DNA of 64,000 nucleotides from a candidate division TM6 bacterium GW2011_GWF2_28_16 (GCA_000989185.1 LBNX01000004.1:23797-87796); one strand, 5' to 3'; numbered from the stretch's first letter, positions 46,138-57,188 are shown. A program made the numbers and translations. Notes: a model not told the origin generated them from the sequence alone.

Positions 46138-46782
46138 ATGAATCAGATTGTTGTATATAATGCTGCAGGCGAAATACAAGATAAATTAAATCTTGATATT
46201 GCAATTATAGAAAAAGAATTAAGTCCTAAAACTTATTCTTATGCAATAAAAGCCTTGCGATTAAATTGGCGCCAGGGAACTGCTGCTTGTAAGGATAGAG
46301 GTGAAGTGGCTTTTTCTAACAAAAAGCCATGGAAACAAAAAGGAACTGGTCGAGCAAGAGCAAGTTCACTAAGATCTCCATTATGGAGAAAAGGTGGTGT
46401 AACGTTTGGGCCACAACCAAGAACTAGAACTCTTTCTATTAACAAAAAACAAGTAAAATTTGCTATGAATAATATATTTACAGAATTTATAAATCAAGAT
46501 AATAAAATATATTGTTCAGATTTTGATAGTTCAAAAGATGGAAAACCTAATACAAAACAAGCTTATTCTTTATTAAAAGGATTAGGTCTTGAAAATAAAA
46601 AAGTTGTATTTTTTCTACCATTTGAAGATGAAATGAACTTTGTATCTTTTAGAAATATACCTAATGTTTTTGTAGTAAGTTTTAGTCAGCCAAATGCTTA
46701 TGATTTGGCCAATTGCGATTGTTGGTTGTTTTTAAAAAAAGATTTGGATTTGTTTAAGAAAATGGTTAGCGCATGGAATTAA
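46138..46782 (+). CDS. rplD: 50S ribosomal protein L4
   Basis: [27 protein letters not shown]. Confidence 0.93.
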   Translation: MNQIVVYNAAGEIQDKLNLDIAIIEKELSPKTYSYAIKALRLNWRQGTAACKDRGEVAFSNKKPWKQKGTGRARASSLRSPLWRKGGVTFGPQPRTRTLSINKKQVKFAMNNIFTEFINQDNKIYCSDFDSSKDGKPNTKQAYSLLKGLGLENKKVVFFLPFEDEMNFVSFRNIPNVFVVSFSQPNAYDLANCDCWLFLKKDLDLFKKMVSAWN

Positions 46783-47126
46783 GTGTTTATGACATTATAA
46801 AAAGACGAGTAATGACTACAAAAAGTTTGGATATCTTCAAAAAAGAAGGCAAAATAACTTTTGAAGTTCATATAAAGTCTAACAAAATAATGATAAAGCA
46901 GGCTGTAGAAAAGATTTGGAATGTTAAGGTTGATAATGTTCGTGTTATTTCTATTCCGGGAAAAACAAAGTCTTTTGGTAGACGTCCATTTGTTGGTTCG
47001 GATAGGAAAAAAGCAATAGTATCTTTAAAAAAAGGTTATACTATTGATTTGCCAGGACATTTTGAAACTATGGGTATAAATCCTGCGGCTGCAAAAGAAA
47101 AAGAAATACCTCTAGAGGGAAAATAA
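46773..47126 (+). CDS. rplW: 50S ribosomal protein L23
   Basis: Lies between L4 and L2. Has a KITFEV..K..IKQAVEK.. pattern. Confidence 0.85.
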   Translation: MELSVYDIIKRRVMTTKSLDIFKKEGKITFEVHIKSNKIMIKQAVEKIWNVKVDNVRVISIPGKTKSFGRRPFVGSDRKKAIVSLKKGYTIDLPGHFETMGINPAAAKEKEIPLEGK

Positions 47127-47127
47127 A

Positions 47128-47943
47128 ATGGCTATTATAACAAGAAGACCTATAACATCGTCTTTAAGAGGACAACAATTTTTGTCTCATAAAGATTTAA
47201 CAAAAAAAAGACCGGAAAAAAGTTTGCTTGCTCCACTAAGTAAAACTGGTGGTCGTAATGCATACGGTAGAATTACAACAAGACATATTGGTGGTGGCGC
47301 TAAGAGAAGATATAGAATTGTAGATTTTAACTGGGAAAGCCGTGAAATTCCAGGTAAAGTCGTTGCATTTGAATATGATCCAAACAGAAACGTATCAATT
47401 GCCTTAGTCGTTTATAAAAACGGTTCTAAAAAATATATTTTAAGACCGGATGGTTTAAATATAGGCGATATAGTGTTTGCCAGTTTAAAGGCTGAAGCTA
47501 AAACTGGAAATAGCTTGCCATTACGTAATATTCCTGTTGGCTTTTTTATTCACAATGTAGAACTTGTTCCTAGTAAAGGTGCTAAATTGGCCAGAAGTGC
47601 TGGTGGTGCTATTCAGTTACTTGGAAAAGAAGGTGAATTAGCAATATTAAAAATGCCTTCTGGTGAAACAAGAACAGTTTCTGTAAATTGTTGGGCAACA
47701 GTTGGAAGACTTTCTAACTCAGAGTATAAAAACGTTACTCTTGGAAAAGCAGGAAGAACAAGACACAGAGGAATACGTCCTACAGTAAGAGGTATGGCTA
47801 TGAACCCTGTCGATCACCCTCATGGTGGTGGTGAAGGTAGGTCTAAGTCTGGCTCACATCCTGTTACTCCTTGGGGTAAAGGTTGCAAAGGCACAAGAAC
47901 AAGAACTCGTAAGAGCACAGCAATTTTAAAAAGACGCAAGTAG
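47128..47943 (+). CDS. rplB: 50S ribosomal protein L2
   Basis: GGGAKRRYRIVDF and HPHGGGEGR. Confidence 0.95.
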   Translation: MAIITRRPITSSLRGQQFLSHKDLTKKRPEKSLLAPLSKTGGRNAYGRITTRHIGGGAKRRYRIVDFNWESREIPGKVVAFEYDPNRNVSIALVVYKNGSKKYILRPDGLNIGDIVFASLKAEAKTGNSLPLRNIPVGFFIHNVELVPSKGAKLARSAGGAIQLLGKEGELAILKMPSGETRTVSVNCWATVGRLSNSEYKNVTLGKAGRTRHRGIRPTVRGMAMNPVDHPHGGGEGRSKSGSHPVTPWGKGCKGTRTRTRKSTAILKRRK

Positions 47944-47997
47944 TATATAATGGTTTTAAGAATAGAAAAGTTTGTTGTTGAAATTAAAAGGACATAG

Positions 47998-48306
47998 ATG
48001 GCCAGATCTACAAAAAAGGGTCCATACGTTGATCCTACATTGCTAGAAAAAATAGAAGCAGCTAAAGAAGCTGGTTCTAGACAGGCAATAAAGACATGGA
48101 AGCGAAATAGCGTAATTATTCCTGATATGGTGGGATTAACTATAGCTGTTCATGATGGACGAAAATTTATTTCTGTGTTTGTTACAGAAAATATGGTTGG
48201 GCATAGATTAGGTGAATTTGCTCCATCCAGAACATTTAGAATGCATAGTGGACAGAGAAAAACAGCTGCCCCAGAAGCTGCTCCAGCTCCTGCTGCAAAA
48301 AAGTAG
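47998..48306 (+). CDS. rpsS: 30S ribosomal protein S19 (Ala/Pro-rich C-terminal tail)
   Basis: [12 protein letters not shown] and HDGRKF. The tail reads [14 protein letters not shown]. Confidence 0.93.
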   Translation: MARSTKKGPYVDPTLLEKIEAAKEAGSRQAIKTWKRNSVIIPDMVGLTIAVHDGRKFISVFVTENMVGHRLGEFAPSRTFRMHSGQRKTAAPEAAPAPAAKK

Positions 48307-48368
48307 TTATGCAAACAGAATAGTTAAATGTTATTAATTGATATTATTTAAAAGCTAAAGGTTTTAAG

Positions 48369-48731
48369 ATGCTTGTAAGAGCTGTGAGTAAATACATTAG
48401 AGTTTCCCCGTATAAATTGCGTCCAGTAATAGACGTAATAAGAGGTTATTCGGTAGATAAAGCTCTTGCCTGGTTGCAAACAACTTCATTAAGAAAAGTT
48501 GTTCCTATAAAAAAGACTCTTTTGTCTGCATATGCAAACGGCAAGAATGTTTTAGCTGCTGATGTTCCTATGAATCAATTTTTTATAAAAGAAATAAAAG
48601 TTGATCAAGGTCCTATTATTAAATATTTTAAGCCGGGCGCACAGGGTAGAGCTAATGTGCAACGTAAAAGATTAAGTCATATATATATAGTTTTGGAAAA
48701 AAAAGAAATAACCAATAAAACTAAAAATTAA
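48369..48731 (+). CDS. rplV: 50S ribosomal protein L22
   Basis: Called by position plus RVSPYKLRPVIDVIRG. Confidence 0.9.
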   Translation: MLVRAVSKYIRVSPYKLRPVIDVIRGYSVDKALAWLQTTSLRKVVPIKKTLLSAYANGKNVLAADVPMNQFFIKEIKVDQGPIIKYFKPGAQGRANVQRKRLSHIYIVLEKKEITNKTKN

Positions 48732-48752
48732 AATATTATATAGAGGTGATTT

Positions 48753-49373
48753 GTGGGACAGAAAGTTCATCCTGTAGGATTTAGAATCGGTGTCTTTGAA
48801 GATTGGAGAGCCCGTTGGTTTTCTAAAAAATCTTATGGCAAAGAATTGTTAGAAGATTTAGAAATTAGAAGATACTTAAAATACAGCTTAAATTTTGAAG
48901 ATATAGATAAAATAGTTATAGAAAAAGCTGGTGAAAATATTCGTGTAATATTACATTCATCCAGACCTGGTTTTATTATTGGTAAAAAAGGTATGGGTAT
49001 AGAAAAACTTAAAAGTGATTTCTATGCTAAGTTTAAAAAGAATGTTGATATTTCTGTTCAAGAAGTTAAAAATCCAGATTTGAGTGCTGCTATATTAGCA
49101 AAAAGTATTGCTGATCAACTCATAAAGCGTGTTAGTTTTAAGCGTGCTATGAAAAGAGCAGGTTTTGCAGCTATGAAAAGTGGTGCAAAAGGAATTAAAG
49201 TATGTTGCTCTGGACGTTTAGATGGAGCTGAAATTGCAAGAACCGAATGGTTAAGACTTGGTTCTGTTCCATTGCATACATTGCGTTCTAATATTGATTA
49301 TTCGTTAGCAGAAGCAAAAACTACTTACGGTATAATTGGTGTTAAGGTTTGGATTTGCAAAGGTTCTTATTAA
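48753..49373 (+). CDS. rpsC: 30S ribosomal protein S3
   Basis: GTG start, then GQKVHPVGFRIG. Confidence 0.93.
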   Translation: MGQKVHPVGFRIGVFEDWRARWFSKKSYGKELLEDLEIRRYLKYSLNFEDIDKIVIEKAGENIRVILHSSRPGFIIGKKGMGIEKLKSDFYAKFKKNVDISVQEVKNPDLSAAILAKSIADQLIKRVSFKRAMKRAGFAAMKSGAKGIKVCCSGRLDGAEIARTEWLRLGSVPLHTLRSNIDYSLAEAKTTYGIIGVKVWICKGSY

Positions 49374-49388
49374 TAGAGAGATTAAATC

Positions 49389-49826
49389 ATGTTGATGCCG
49401 AAAAAAACTAAATATAGAAAAATCCAAAGAGGTAGGATGAAGGGGAAATCTAAAGCCGGCAATTTAGTTTTTGGTACTATTGGTTTGGCTGCAGTTGAAC
49501 CAGGTTGGTTAACAGCAAGACAAATAGAAGCTGCAAGAGTAGCTATAAGCCGAAATCTAAAAAAAGAAGGCGAAATGTTTTTAAGAGTTTTCCCTGACAA
49601 ACCTGTTACCAAAAAACCAGCAGAAACTCGTATGGGTAAAGGTAAGGGTACACCAGAATTTTGGGTATGCGTTATTAAGCGTGAGAAAATGTTGATAGAA
49701 CTTAAAGATATCAACATAGACTTAGCAAAAAAGATTTTAAAATCTGCTGCTTACAAAATCCCAATGAAGACTAAGATTATTTTAAAAGATAATAATATTG
49801 TAGCCAGAAAACAAATAGATAAATAA
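49389..49826 (+). CDS. rplP: 50S ribosomal protein L16
   Basis: MLMPKKTKYRK. Confidence 0.93.
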   Translation: MLMPKKTKYRKIQRGRMKGKSKAGNLVFGTIGLAAVEPGWLTARQIEAARVAISRNLKKEGEMFLRVFPDKPVTKKPAETRMGKGKGTPEFWVCVIKREKMLIELKDINIDLAKKILKSAAYKIPMKTKIILKDNNIVARKQIDK

Positions 49827-49839
49827 CTCAGGGATTGAT

Positions 49840-50028
49840 ATGAAAAAAGAAGATTTAAAAAAGCTAAGTGAAACAGAAATAAATAAAGAATTAAAGCAAC
49901 TTAAAAAAGAAATTTTTGATTTAAGATTGAGTCTTGATGGCGGTGAGGTTAAAGATTACTCTCAATTTGGCAAGATTCGTAAAAATATTGCAAGATGTTT
50001 AACTTTTTTAAGACAAAAACAATCATAA
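49840..50028 (+). CDS. rpmC: 50S ribosomal protein L29
   Basis: 62 aa. Called by position plus the helical L29 pattern. Confidence 0.85.
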   Translation: MKKEDLKKLSETEINKELKQLKKEIFDLRLSLDGGEVKDYSQFGKIRKNIARCLTFLRQKQS

Positions 50029-50112
50029 GTGCTAATATTTTCTTAAAAATATGTTAAAGTATTACTTAAGCTTTTGCTTTAAAAATTTAGTTAGTTGCTA
50101 ATTGAGGTAAAA

Positions 50113-50394
50113 ATGACAAACGGTAAAAAAGAAACAAATATAAAGCCTTCCAAAGGGCAAGTACTTACAGGAGAAGTTATTTCCTGTAGTATGGACAAAA
50201 CTGTGGTTGTCAAAGTTTTAAGAACTTTTAAACATCCATTATTGGGTAAAACAATAAAACAAGCTAAAAAATATAAAGCCCATGATGAAAAAGAAGTTGC
50301 AAAACTTGGTGATGTGGTCGAAATTGCTGAATGTAGACCAGTTTCTAAAACAAAGCACATGGTCCTAAATCGCGTTTTAAGGGCGGCTGTTTAA
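50113..50394 (+). CDS. rpsQ: 30S ribosomal protein S17
   Basis: Start at the ATG at 50113, after GAGGT. Contains [14 protein letters not shown] and KYKAHDE. Confidence 0.9.
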   Translation: MTNGKKETNIKPSKGQVLTGEVISCSMDKTVVVKVLRTFKHPLLGKTIKQAKKYKAHDEKEVAKLGDVVEIAECRPVSKTKHMVLNRVLRAAV

Positions 50395-50406
50395 GAAAGG
50401 TAACTC

Positions 50407-50775
50407 ATGATACAAAAGCAAACAATGTTAAACGTTGCGGATAATTCAGGCGCAAAAAAAGCGATGGTTATTCATATTATAGGTGGCACCCGTAAACGCT
50501 ATGCATACCTTGGTGATGTAGTTAAGGTTGCAGTCAAAAAGGCTATTGTTGGTGGTACTGTAAAAAAAAGTGACGTTCTTACAGCTGTTATTGTTAGAAC
50601 AAGAAAAGAAGTAAAAAGAGCTGATGGTAGCTATATAAGATTTAGCGATAATGCTGCTGTTATTATTGATAAAGAAAAACAACCAGTAGGAACACGTATA
50701 TTTGGTCCTATTGCAAGAGAATTAAGAGCAGAAGGATATGTAAAAATTATATCTTTGGCTCCAGAAGTTTTATAG
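50407..50775 (+). CDS. rplN: 50S ribosomal protein L14
   Basis: [18 protein letters not shown]. Confidence 0.95.
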   Translation: MIQKQTMLNVADNSGAKKAMVIHIIGGTRKRYAYLGDVVKVAVKKAIVGGTVKKSDVLTAVIVRTRKEVKRADGSYIRFSDNAAVIIDKEKQPVGTRIFGPIARELRAEGYVKIISLAPEVL

Positions 50776-50782
50776 GATTTAT

Positions 50783-51097
50783 ATGTTAAGTCGAATAAAA
50801 AAAGATGATAATGTTGTTGTCATATCTGGAAAAGATAAGGGCAAACAAGGTGTAGTTATAAAAGTTGCACCAAAAGATGGACAGGCTTTGGTTAAGGGCA
50901 TAGCTATAATGACAAGGCATGCAAAGGCTAAAAAATCTGGAGAAACCAGTAGAATAGTTAAAGAAGAAGCTTTTATTTCCTTATCTAAAATTATGCCGGT
51001 ATGTAAGTCTTGTAAAAAAGCTTGTAGAATATCAACCAAAGTTTTAGACAATGATAATAAAGTTAGAGTTTGTCATCGTTGTCACGAAGCTTTTTAG
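50783..51097 (+). CDS. rplX: 50S ribosomal protein L24 (Cys-containing C-terminal tail)
   Basis: KOW motif GKDKGKQGVV. The C-terminus contains CKSC...CHRC. Confidence 0.9.
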   Translation: MLSRIKKDDNVVVISGKDKGKQGVVIKVAPKDGQALVKGIAIMTRHAKAKKSGETSRIVKEEAFISLSKIMPVCKSCKKACRISTKVLDNDNKVRVCHRCHEAF

Positions 51098-51107
51098 CTA
51101 GGGTTTA

Positions 51108-51656
51108 ATGTTTATGAAAGCACGTTTAGAAACTTTATATAAAGATAAAATTTGTAAAGATTTAAAAAAAGAATTAGCCCTAGGCAATATAATGGAAGTG
51201 CCAAAAGTCACTAAAATTGTATTAAATATGGGTGTAAAGGATTCAGTTGCTGATAGCAAAGTTTTGAATTTAGTAAAAGATATTTTTGGTAAAATATCTG
51301 GTCAATCAGCAGTTAGGACCTATGCAAAAAAATCTATTGCAGGTTTTAAATTGCGTGAAGGTATGCCTATAGGAGTTATGGTTACATTAAGAGGTCGAAA
51401 AATGTACGATTTTCTCGACAAATTAATAAATATCTCAATTCCTCGAGTAAAAGATTTTCATGGTCTTAACTCAAAACTTGATGGTAATGGAAATTATAAT
51501 ATAGGGCTAAAAGACTGGATGGTTTTTCCTGAAGTAGATTATGATTCTGTTGATAAATCAAGAGGCATGAATATTACGATTCACACTTCAGCAAAAAATG
51601 ATGATCATGCTATTGCATTGTTAAAAAGTTTTAATATGCCATTTAAGCAAGATTAA
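51108..51656 (+). CDS. rplE: 50S ribosomal protein L5
   Basis: Called by position plus VPKVTKIVLNMGV. Confidence 0.92.
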   Translation: MFMKARLETLYKDKICKDLKKELALGNIMEVPKVTKIVLNMGVKDSVADSKVLNLVKDIFGKISGQSAVRTYAKKSIAGFKLREGMPIGVMVTLRGRKMYDFLDKLINISIPRVKDFHGLNSKLDGNGNYNIGLKDWMVFPEVDYDSVDKSRGMNITIHTSAKNDDHAIALLKSFNMPFKQD

Positions 51657-51680
51657 TGGTTTTGTAAGGGTAAATTAATT

Positions 51681-51866
51681 ATGGCAAAAAAAGCGTTAAT
51701 TGAAAAAGCAAATAGAACTCCAAAGTTTTCTACAAGACAAAGAAATAGATGCAAATCTTGTGGAAGACCTAGAGGATTTTTGCGTGACTTTTTGTTATGT
51801 AGAATTTGTTTTAGAAAGTATGCATTAGAAGGGCTTCTGCCAGGTGTTAAAAAAACAAGCTGGTAG
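51681..51866 (+). CDS. rpsN: 30S ribosomal protein S14, zinc-ribbon (type Z) form
   Basis: 61 aa with [10 protein letters not shown]...CRICFR. Confidence 0.92.
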   Translation: MAKKALIEKANRTPKFSTRQRNRCKSCGRPRGFLRDFLLCRICFRKYALEGLLPGVKKTSW

Positions 51867-51883
51867 AATTTAGAAGGATTAAT

Positions 51884-52279
51884 ATGTCAGTTGATGTCGT
51901 TGGAAATTTTTTAACTGTTATCAGAAACGCATTAATGGTTTATAAGCGTTCTATTAAAGTTCCTTACTCAAATTTAAAAGCTGAAATTGCAAGAGTGTTA
52001 AAAGAAGAAGGTTTTATTAAGGATTTTAGCAAAGAAACTGACGCTAATGGACATTTTGTATTAACAGTAATGTTAAAATATGTCGATGGACAGTCGGCAA
52101 TAAATGAAATTACAAGAATAAGTAAGCCGGGCTGTCGTTTTTATGAGAGAACAAGTAAAATTACACCTGTTATAGGTGGTTTAGGTGTTGCAATATTAAC
52201 AACCAGTTCTGGCATTATGACTGATCAACAGGCAAGAAAACTTTCTGTTGGTGGCGAAGTTATTTGTCACGTTTGGTAA
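51884..52279 (+). CDS. rpsH: 30S ribosomal protein S8
   Basis: Called by position plus DVVGNFLTVIRNA. Confidence 0.92.
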   Translation: MSVDVVGNFLTVIRNALMVYKRSIKVPYSNLKAEIARVLKEEGFIKDFSKETDANGHFVLTVMLKYVDGQSAINEITRISKPGCRFYERTSKITPVIGGLGVAILTTSSGIMTDQQARKLSVGGEVICHVW

Positions 52280-52289
52280 GGATTAAAAC

Positions 52290-52832
52290 ATGTCGAAGAT
52301 AGGTAGAAAACCAATTGAACTTTTGGCTACAAAAGTTGAAATAAAAGGGCAAGAACTTTTGATAAGTGGTCCAAAAGCTAAATTTACACATACATTGCCT
52401 GTTGAATTAAAAGCAAAATTAGTAGATGGTACACTTGTTATTGCACCAGAAAAAGATGCAAAAGAACATGCGGCTATGTGGGGTTTGCATAGAGCTTTGG
52501 TTGCAAATAAAATAATGGGCGCACGTCAATTTTTTGAAAAAAAAGTTACAATTGTTGGGTTGGGATTTAAAGCACAACTTTCTGGTAAAAAAATGGTTTT
52601 TTCTCTTGGATATAGCCATAAAATTGATTTTAATATTCCAGTTGGTGTGGAAGTTGACGTTGATAAATCAGGACAACAATTAGTATTTAAATCTAGCGAT
52701 AAGCTTTTGTTGGGCAATGCTTGTGACAAAGTAAGAAGCTTTCGTTTACCTGAGCCTTACAAAGGTACCGGTATTATTGTTGAGGGTGAAGTTATTATTC
52801 GTAAGGCTGGAAAAGCTAAGGCTAGTGCTTAA
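52290..52832 (+). CDS. rplF: 50S ribosomal protein L6
   Basis: MSKIGRKPI. Confidence 0.92.
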   Translation: MSKIGRKPIELLATKVEIKGQELLISGPKAKFTHTLPVELKAKLVDGTLVIAPEKDAKEHAAMWGLHRALVANKIMGARQFFEKKVTIVGLGFKAQLSGKKMVFSLGYSHKIDFNIPVGVEVDVDKSGQQLVFKSSDKLLLGNACDKVRSFRLPEPYKGTGIIVEGEVIIRKAGKAKASA

Positions 52833-52859
52833 TTGCAGATTTAATGAAAGGTTTTTCGC

Positions 52860-53228
52860 GTGAGTTATCTTAAAAGAAGCCAGAAAAAAATAGAAAAAAG
52901 ATCTAAAAGAAGAGCATTTAGAGTTAAAAATAAACAGCAAAGTTGGGGATTATTCCCAAGAGTTGCTGTGTTTAGAAGTTTAAATCATATATATGCTCAA
53001 ATAATAGACGACTCTATTGGATCTACAATAGTAAGTTTTTCTTCTTTGAATTTAAAAGAGAAAAAAGCAGATAAAAAAGCAATAGCAAAAGAAGTTGGTT
53101 TGCAATTAGGAAAACTTGCTTTAGGTAAATCTTTAGAAAAAGTATTTTTTGATCGTGGTCGTTATTTGTATCACGGAAGAGTTAAAGCTCTTGCTGAAGG
53201 TTTACGTGAAGGTGGCTTAAAATTTTAA
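52860..53228 (+). CDS. rplR: 50S ribosomal protein L18
   Basis: GTG start. Contains [17 protein letters not shown] and [18 protein letters not shown]. Confidence 0.9.
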   Translation: MSYLKRSQKKIEKRSKRRAFRVKNKQQSWGLFPRVAVFRSLNHIYAQIIDDSIGSTIVSFSSLNLKEKKADKKAIAKEVGLQLGKLALGKSLEKVFFDRGRYLYHGRVKALAEGLREGGLKF

Positions 53229-53269
53229 TAACTATTGATTCAAGAGTTTATTAGGAAAGATTAAGTATT

Positions 53270-53833
53270 ATGGCAGAATTAAAAGGGAAAAAAAATATTC
53301 CCGTAGCAGCAGAAGAATATGCAGAGACAGTTTTAAATGTACGAAGAGTTGCCAAGGTAATAAAAGGTGGCAAGCGCTTTGCATTTTCTGCATTGGTTGC
53401 TGTTGGTGATAAAAACGGGAAAGTTGGCATAGCATTGGGTAAGGGACGTGAAGTTTCTGCTGCAATAGCAAAAGCCTTAAAAAGAGCTAAAAAAAGTATG
53501 TTTGCTGTTCCATTATATAAAACTACTATACCATTTACAGTAAAAGCAAAACATGGTTCTAGTTTAGTTTTATTAAGATCTGCATCAAAAGGTACAGGTG
53601 TTATTGCTGGTGGTGCTGTACGTTCTGTAATGGAAGTTTTGGGTATAAAAGATGTTTTGGCAAAGTCGTTGGGCTCTGGCAATCCTCAAAACGTTGTAAA
53701 AGCAACATTAAAAGCATTAAAAAAATTAAAATCTGCTAAACAGATTGCAGCAATTAGAAATAAAAAGTTAAGTGAAATTATAAGTACAAGAACAATAACA
53801 ACTAAGACTGGGGAAAAAGATGTTATCGCTTAA
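53270..53833 (+). CDS. rpsE: 30S ribosomal protein S5
   Basis: VRRVAKVIKGGKRFAFSALV. Confidence 0.92.
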   Translation: MAELKGKKNIPVAAEEYAETVLNVRRVAKVIKGGKRFAFSALVAVGDKNGKVGIALGKGREVSAAIAKALKRAKKSMFAVPLYKTTIPFTVKAKHGSSLVLLRSASKGTGVIAGGAVRSVMEVLGIKDVLAKSLGSGNPQNVVKATLKALKKLKSAKQIAAIRNKKLSEIISTRTITTKTGEKDVIA

Positions 53834-54269
53834 TAATTTAAAATCCACTTCTAAAAAAAGAAAAAGAATTGGACGTGGTGGTGACAAAGGTGGAACTTCT
53901 GGAAAAGGACATAAAGGTCAAATAGCAAGATCTGGATCTCCTGGAGAATTAAAAGCCTGGTTTGAAGGCGGACAAATGAATATTACAAGACGTCTGCCAA
54001 AAAGAGGTTTTAATAATAGATTTAAAAAAGATTTTAGAATTGTTAATTTGCAAGATATTGAAGAAAGATTTTCTTCTGGAGATACAGTTAATACTCAAAG
54101 TTTGATTGAAAAAAATTTAATAAAAACAGGTGGCAAATTTTTTGTTAAAATTTTGGGCACTGGTAAATTAACTAAAAAGTTAACAGTCTGTGCTGATAAA
54201 TTAAGTAAATCTGCTGTTGAACAAATAGAAAAGGCCGGAGGCAAGGTAGAGTTAGTTAGAGAGGCGTAA
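53820..54269 (+). CDS. rplO: 50S ribosomal protein L15
   Basis: GRGGDKGGTSGKGHKGQ. It follows S5 directly, with no L30 gene between them. Confidence 0.92.
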   Translation: MLSLNNLKSTSKKRKRIGRGGDKGGTSGKGHKGQIARSGSPGELKAWFEGGQMNITRRLPKRGFNNRFKKDFRIVNLQDIEERFSSGDTVNTQSLIEKNLIKTGGKFFVKILGTGKLTKKLTVCADKLSKSAVEQIEKAGGKVELVREA

Positions 54270-54270
54270 G

Positions 54271-55596
54271 GTGATTGTATTACTAAAAAACTTTAAAAAT
54301 ATTTTTTTAGTTCCTGAATTAAGAAAAAAATTGGGTTTTACACTGGGTGTTTTGGCTGTGTTTAGATTTGGAGCACATATACCTGTTCCTGGTGTAAATT
54401 TATCAGCACTGCAAGCATTGATGAGTTCAAAATTTGCAGGAGGATTATTATCTTATTTAGATCTTTTTTCGGGTGGAGCATTAAAGCAATTTGCAATTTT
54501 TGCATTGGGTATTAGCCCTTATATTACTGCTTCTATTATGATGCAATTACTTACTATGATGGTTCCATCTCTTGAAATGCTTTCAAAAGAGGGTGAATAT
54601 GGTAGAAAGATTATTAATCAGTATACCAGATATTTAACCCTTGGTTTAAGTCTTGTTCAGGGGTTTATGCTTTCGATATTTATAGAAAGCCAACCAGGTG
54701 TAGTTTTAAACCCTGGCTTTGGATTTAAATTGTTGACAGTATTAATATTGAGCGTTGGTTCAATATTTGTAATGTGGCTTGGTGAGCAAATAAATGCGCA
54801 TGGTCTTGGAAATGGAAGTTCGATTATTATTTTTGCAGGTATAGTTGTTAACTTGCCTGGAGCAATAATTAAACTTGTAAGTTTGATAAACTTAGGACAA
54901 ACAGATCCATTAGTAGCAATATTTTTATTGTTAATATCTATTGCTGTTGTTGCCATGATAGTATTTTTGGAAAAAGGTGAGCGTCGAGTTGTTGTTCAAT
55001 ACGCTAAAAGAGTTGTTGGACAAAAAGTTTATGGTGGCCAAAGCTCATATATTCCATTTAAAATTAATCCATCTGGTGTTATTCCTGTAATATTTGCAAG
55101 TACAATAGGCCAGTTGCCTGTAATGCTTACAAGGTTTTTGGCAACAAGTTTTCCATCAACAATTACTAATTCTATTGCAGATTTATTTAATTATGGTGGA
55201 TTTTTGTTTTTTATAATACAAACAGGGTTAATAATATTTTTTGCATTTTTTTATACAGCAATAATTTTTAATCCGGTAGAACTTGCAGATAATATAAGAA
55301 AATCTGGAGGCTTTATTCCTGGAATTAGACCTGGTAAAAGAACATCAGAATTTTTTGATTATTTGTTAACAAGAATTGGTCTTCCTGGAGCTATATATTT
55401 AGCTTCGTTAGCATTAGTACCAAGTTTATTACAAATTGCTTTTAATTTTCCAGTAATGTTTAGCGGCATAAGCTTGTTAATTGTTATTGGTGTTGCAATG
55501 GATATGTCTGCACAAATTGAATCGCATTTAATAGAACGCAGATATGAAGGATTTTTAACTTCTGGTAGATTAAAAGGAAGATTGGGACGATATTAA
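54271..55596 (+). CDS. secY: preprotein translocase subunit SecY
   Basis: 441 aa with a GTG start, 10 TM helices, and a typical SecY position. Confidence 0.93.
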   Translation: MIVLLKNFKNIFLVPELRKKLGFTLGVLAVFRFGAHIPVPGVNLSALQALMSSKFAGGLLSYLDLFSGGALKQFAIFALGISPYITASIMMQLLTMMVPSLEMLSKEGEYGRKIINQYTRYLTLGLSLVQGFMLSIFIESQPGVVLNPGFGFKLLTVLILSVGSIFVMWLGEQINAHGLGNGSSIIIFAGIVVNLPGAIIKLVSLINLGQTDPLVAIFLLLISIAVVAMIVFLEKGERRVVVQYAKRVVGQKVYGGQSSYIPFKINPSGVIPVIFASTIGQLPVMLTRFLATSFPSTITNSIADLFNYGGFLFFIIQTGLIIFFAFFYTAIIFNPVELADNIRKSGGFIPGIRPGKRTSEFFDYLLTRIGLPGAIYLASLALVPSLLQIAFNFPVMFSGISLLIVIGVAMDMSAQIESHLIERRYEGFLTSGRLKGRLGRY

Positions 55597-55617
55597 GTTC
55601 CTATCTATGGTGTCCAG

Positions 55618-56370
55618 GTGATAGTCATTAAAAATAAAAGTGCAATAGATAAAATGAGAGCAGCTGGGCATAATTTGGCTATTATAATGCAAGATGTAAA
55701 AGCTATAGTAAAAGAGGGTGTTACAACCCTAGAAATAGATAGTTTTATTGAAGACAAAATTCGTAAATTTGAAATGATTCCGGAATGCAAAGGATACGCT
55801 GGATATAAGTATGCAACATGTATTTCGTTAAATGATACGGTTATTCATGGCGTTCCATCTAACAAAATCGTTTTAAAATCTGGAGATTTTGTTAAGATAG
55901 ATGTAGTTGCTTCTTACAAAGGCTACTGTGCAGATTTGACTAGATTCTTTTTTATCGGGACTGTGACTCCAGAAATTAAGCATATAGCACAAACGGCACA
56001 ATTTGCTTTAGATTCGGCTATTAAACTGGCTGTTGAAGGTACGCATCTTTCGGATATATCCTCTTGCATACAAGAAATAGTAGAAAAAGAGGGTTTTGGG
56101 GTGGTAAGAAAATTTGCGGGACATGGGATTGGGCGTAATCTTCATGAAGATCCTGAAATTCCAAATTTTGGGAAACCAGGTTTGGGGCCGGTACTTCGCA
56201 GTGGAATGACCTTGGCTATCGAGCCTATGATTACGCAGCGAAGTTTTGATATAAAAGTTATGGATGATGGTTGGACAACTAAAACAGTTGATGGCGGCAT
56301 TGCGGCTCATGTTGAAGATACTATTTTAGTTACAACAGGAAGTCCTGAAATATTAACTAGGCTTTCATAA
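55618..56370 (+). CDS. map: methionine aminopeptidase type I
   Basis: GTG start. M24A ligands appear in DVVASYKGYCADLTR, GHGIG, EPM and HVED. Confidence 0.9.
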   Translation: MIVIKNKSAIDKMRAAGHNLAIIMQDVKAIVKEGVTTLEIDSFIEDKIRKFEMIPECKGYAGYKYATCISLNDTVIHGVPSNKIVLKSGDFVKIDVVASYKGYCADLTRFFFIGTVTPEIKHIAQTAQFALDSAIKLAVEGTHLSDISSCIQEIVEKEGFGVVRKFAGHGIGRNLHEDPEIPNFGKPGLGPVLRSGMTLAIEPMITQRSFDIKVMDDGWTTKTVDGGIAAHVEDTILVTTGSPEILTRLS

Positions 56371-56391
56371 ATATGAAAGTTGAAGGATAAA

Positions 56392-56616
56392 ATGAAGAAT
56401 AAAAAAGATGTGATAGTTGTTGATGGTGTCGTCGAGAAGGCTTTGCCAAATGCAATGTTTCATGTAAGAATAGAAGGCGGACACTTGGTTTTAGCACATG
56501 TTTCTGGTAAAATGCGAATGTATTACATTAAGCTTTTGCCTGGAGACAAAGTGGCAGTTGAGTTATCTGCCTATGATTTGACAAAAGGTCGAATTATTTC
56601 GAGATATAAAGCTTGA
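56392..56616 (+). CDS. infA: translation initiation factor IF-1
   Basis: ATG at 56392. [25 protein letters not shown] aligns with E. coli IF-1. Confidence 0.92.
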   Translation: MKNKKDVIVVDGVVEKALPNAMFHVRIEGGHLVLAHVSGKMRMYYIKLLPGDKVAVELSAYDLTKGRIISRYKA

Positions 56617-56640
56617 TTTTAAAGATTGAAAGAATTTGCG

Positions 56641-56757
56641 ATGAAAGTAAGAACATCTATAAAAAAGATTTGCATGTATTGCAAAATAATTAGACGTGGC
56701 AAAACTGTTAGAGTTATTTGTAACAAAAATCCAAGACATAAACAACGTCAAGGTTAA
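56641..56757 (+). CDS. rpmJ: 50S ribosomal protein L36
   Basis: 38-aa ORF not in the track: [38 protein letters not shown]. Confidence 0.92.
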   Translation: MKVRTSIKKICMYCKIIRRGKTVRVICNKNPRHKQRQG

Positions 56758-56776
56758 GATTTAGAGAGGTTTTTAA

Positions 56777-57166
56777 ATGGCTCGTATTGAAGGTGTAAAT
56801 TTACCAGGTGGTAAGCGTGTTGAAGTTGGTCTAACGTACCTTTTTGGTATTGGTCTTAAAAGATCACAAGATATTTTGCATGCTACAAAAATTAGTCCTG
56901 ATACAAGAATAAAAGATTTGACACATGAGCAAGTTGGTGCGATTTCAAGATTTATCTCTGAAAGCTATACAGTAGAAGGCGATTTGAGAAAAGAGATAAC
57001 ATTAAATATTAAAAGACTTCAAGAAATTGGCTCTTATAGAGGTTTAAGACACAAGAGGTCATTACCTGTAAGAGGCCAGCGTACAAAAACAAATGCTAGA
57101 ACTCGTAAGGGACCTAGAAAAGCTGGAAGTCAGATCACGTTGAAAAAAGCTGTAACTAAAAAATAA
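56777..57166 (+). CDS. rpsM: 30S ribosomal protein S13
   Basis: [10 protein letters not shown]. Confidence 0.93.
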   Translation: MARIEGVNLPGGKRVEVGLTYLFGIGLKRSQDILHATKISPDTRIKDLTHEQVGAISRFISESYTVEGDLRKEITLNIKRLQEIGSYRGLRHKRSLPVRGQRTKTNARTRKGPRKAGSQITLKKAVTKK

Positions 57167-57188
57167 TAGTCGGTGATTAGAGGTAAAG

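Noticed and set aside
49382-49717. Antisense ORFs inside ribosomal and other well-supported genes (for example 49382-49717, 50091-50360, 50779-51051, 53251-53682, 58058-58459, 54657-54956, 37351-37638, 18933-19160).
   Set aside because: Each is a shadow frame opposite a gene with strong family motifs. None has independent support.
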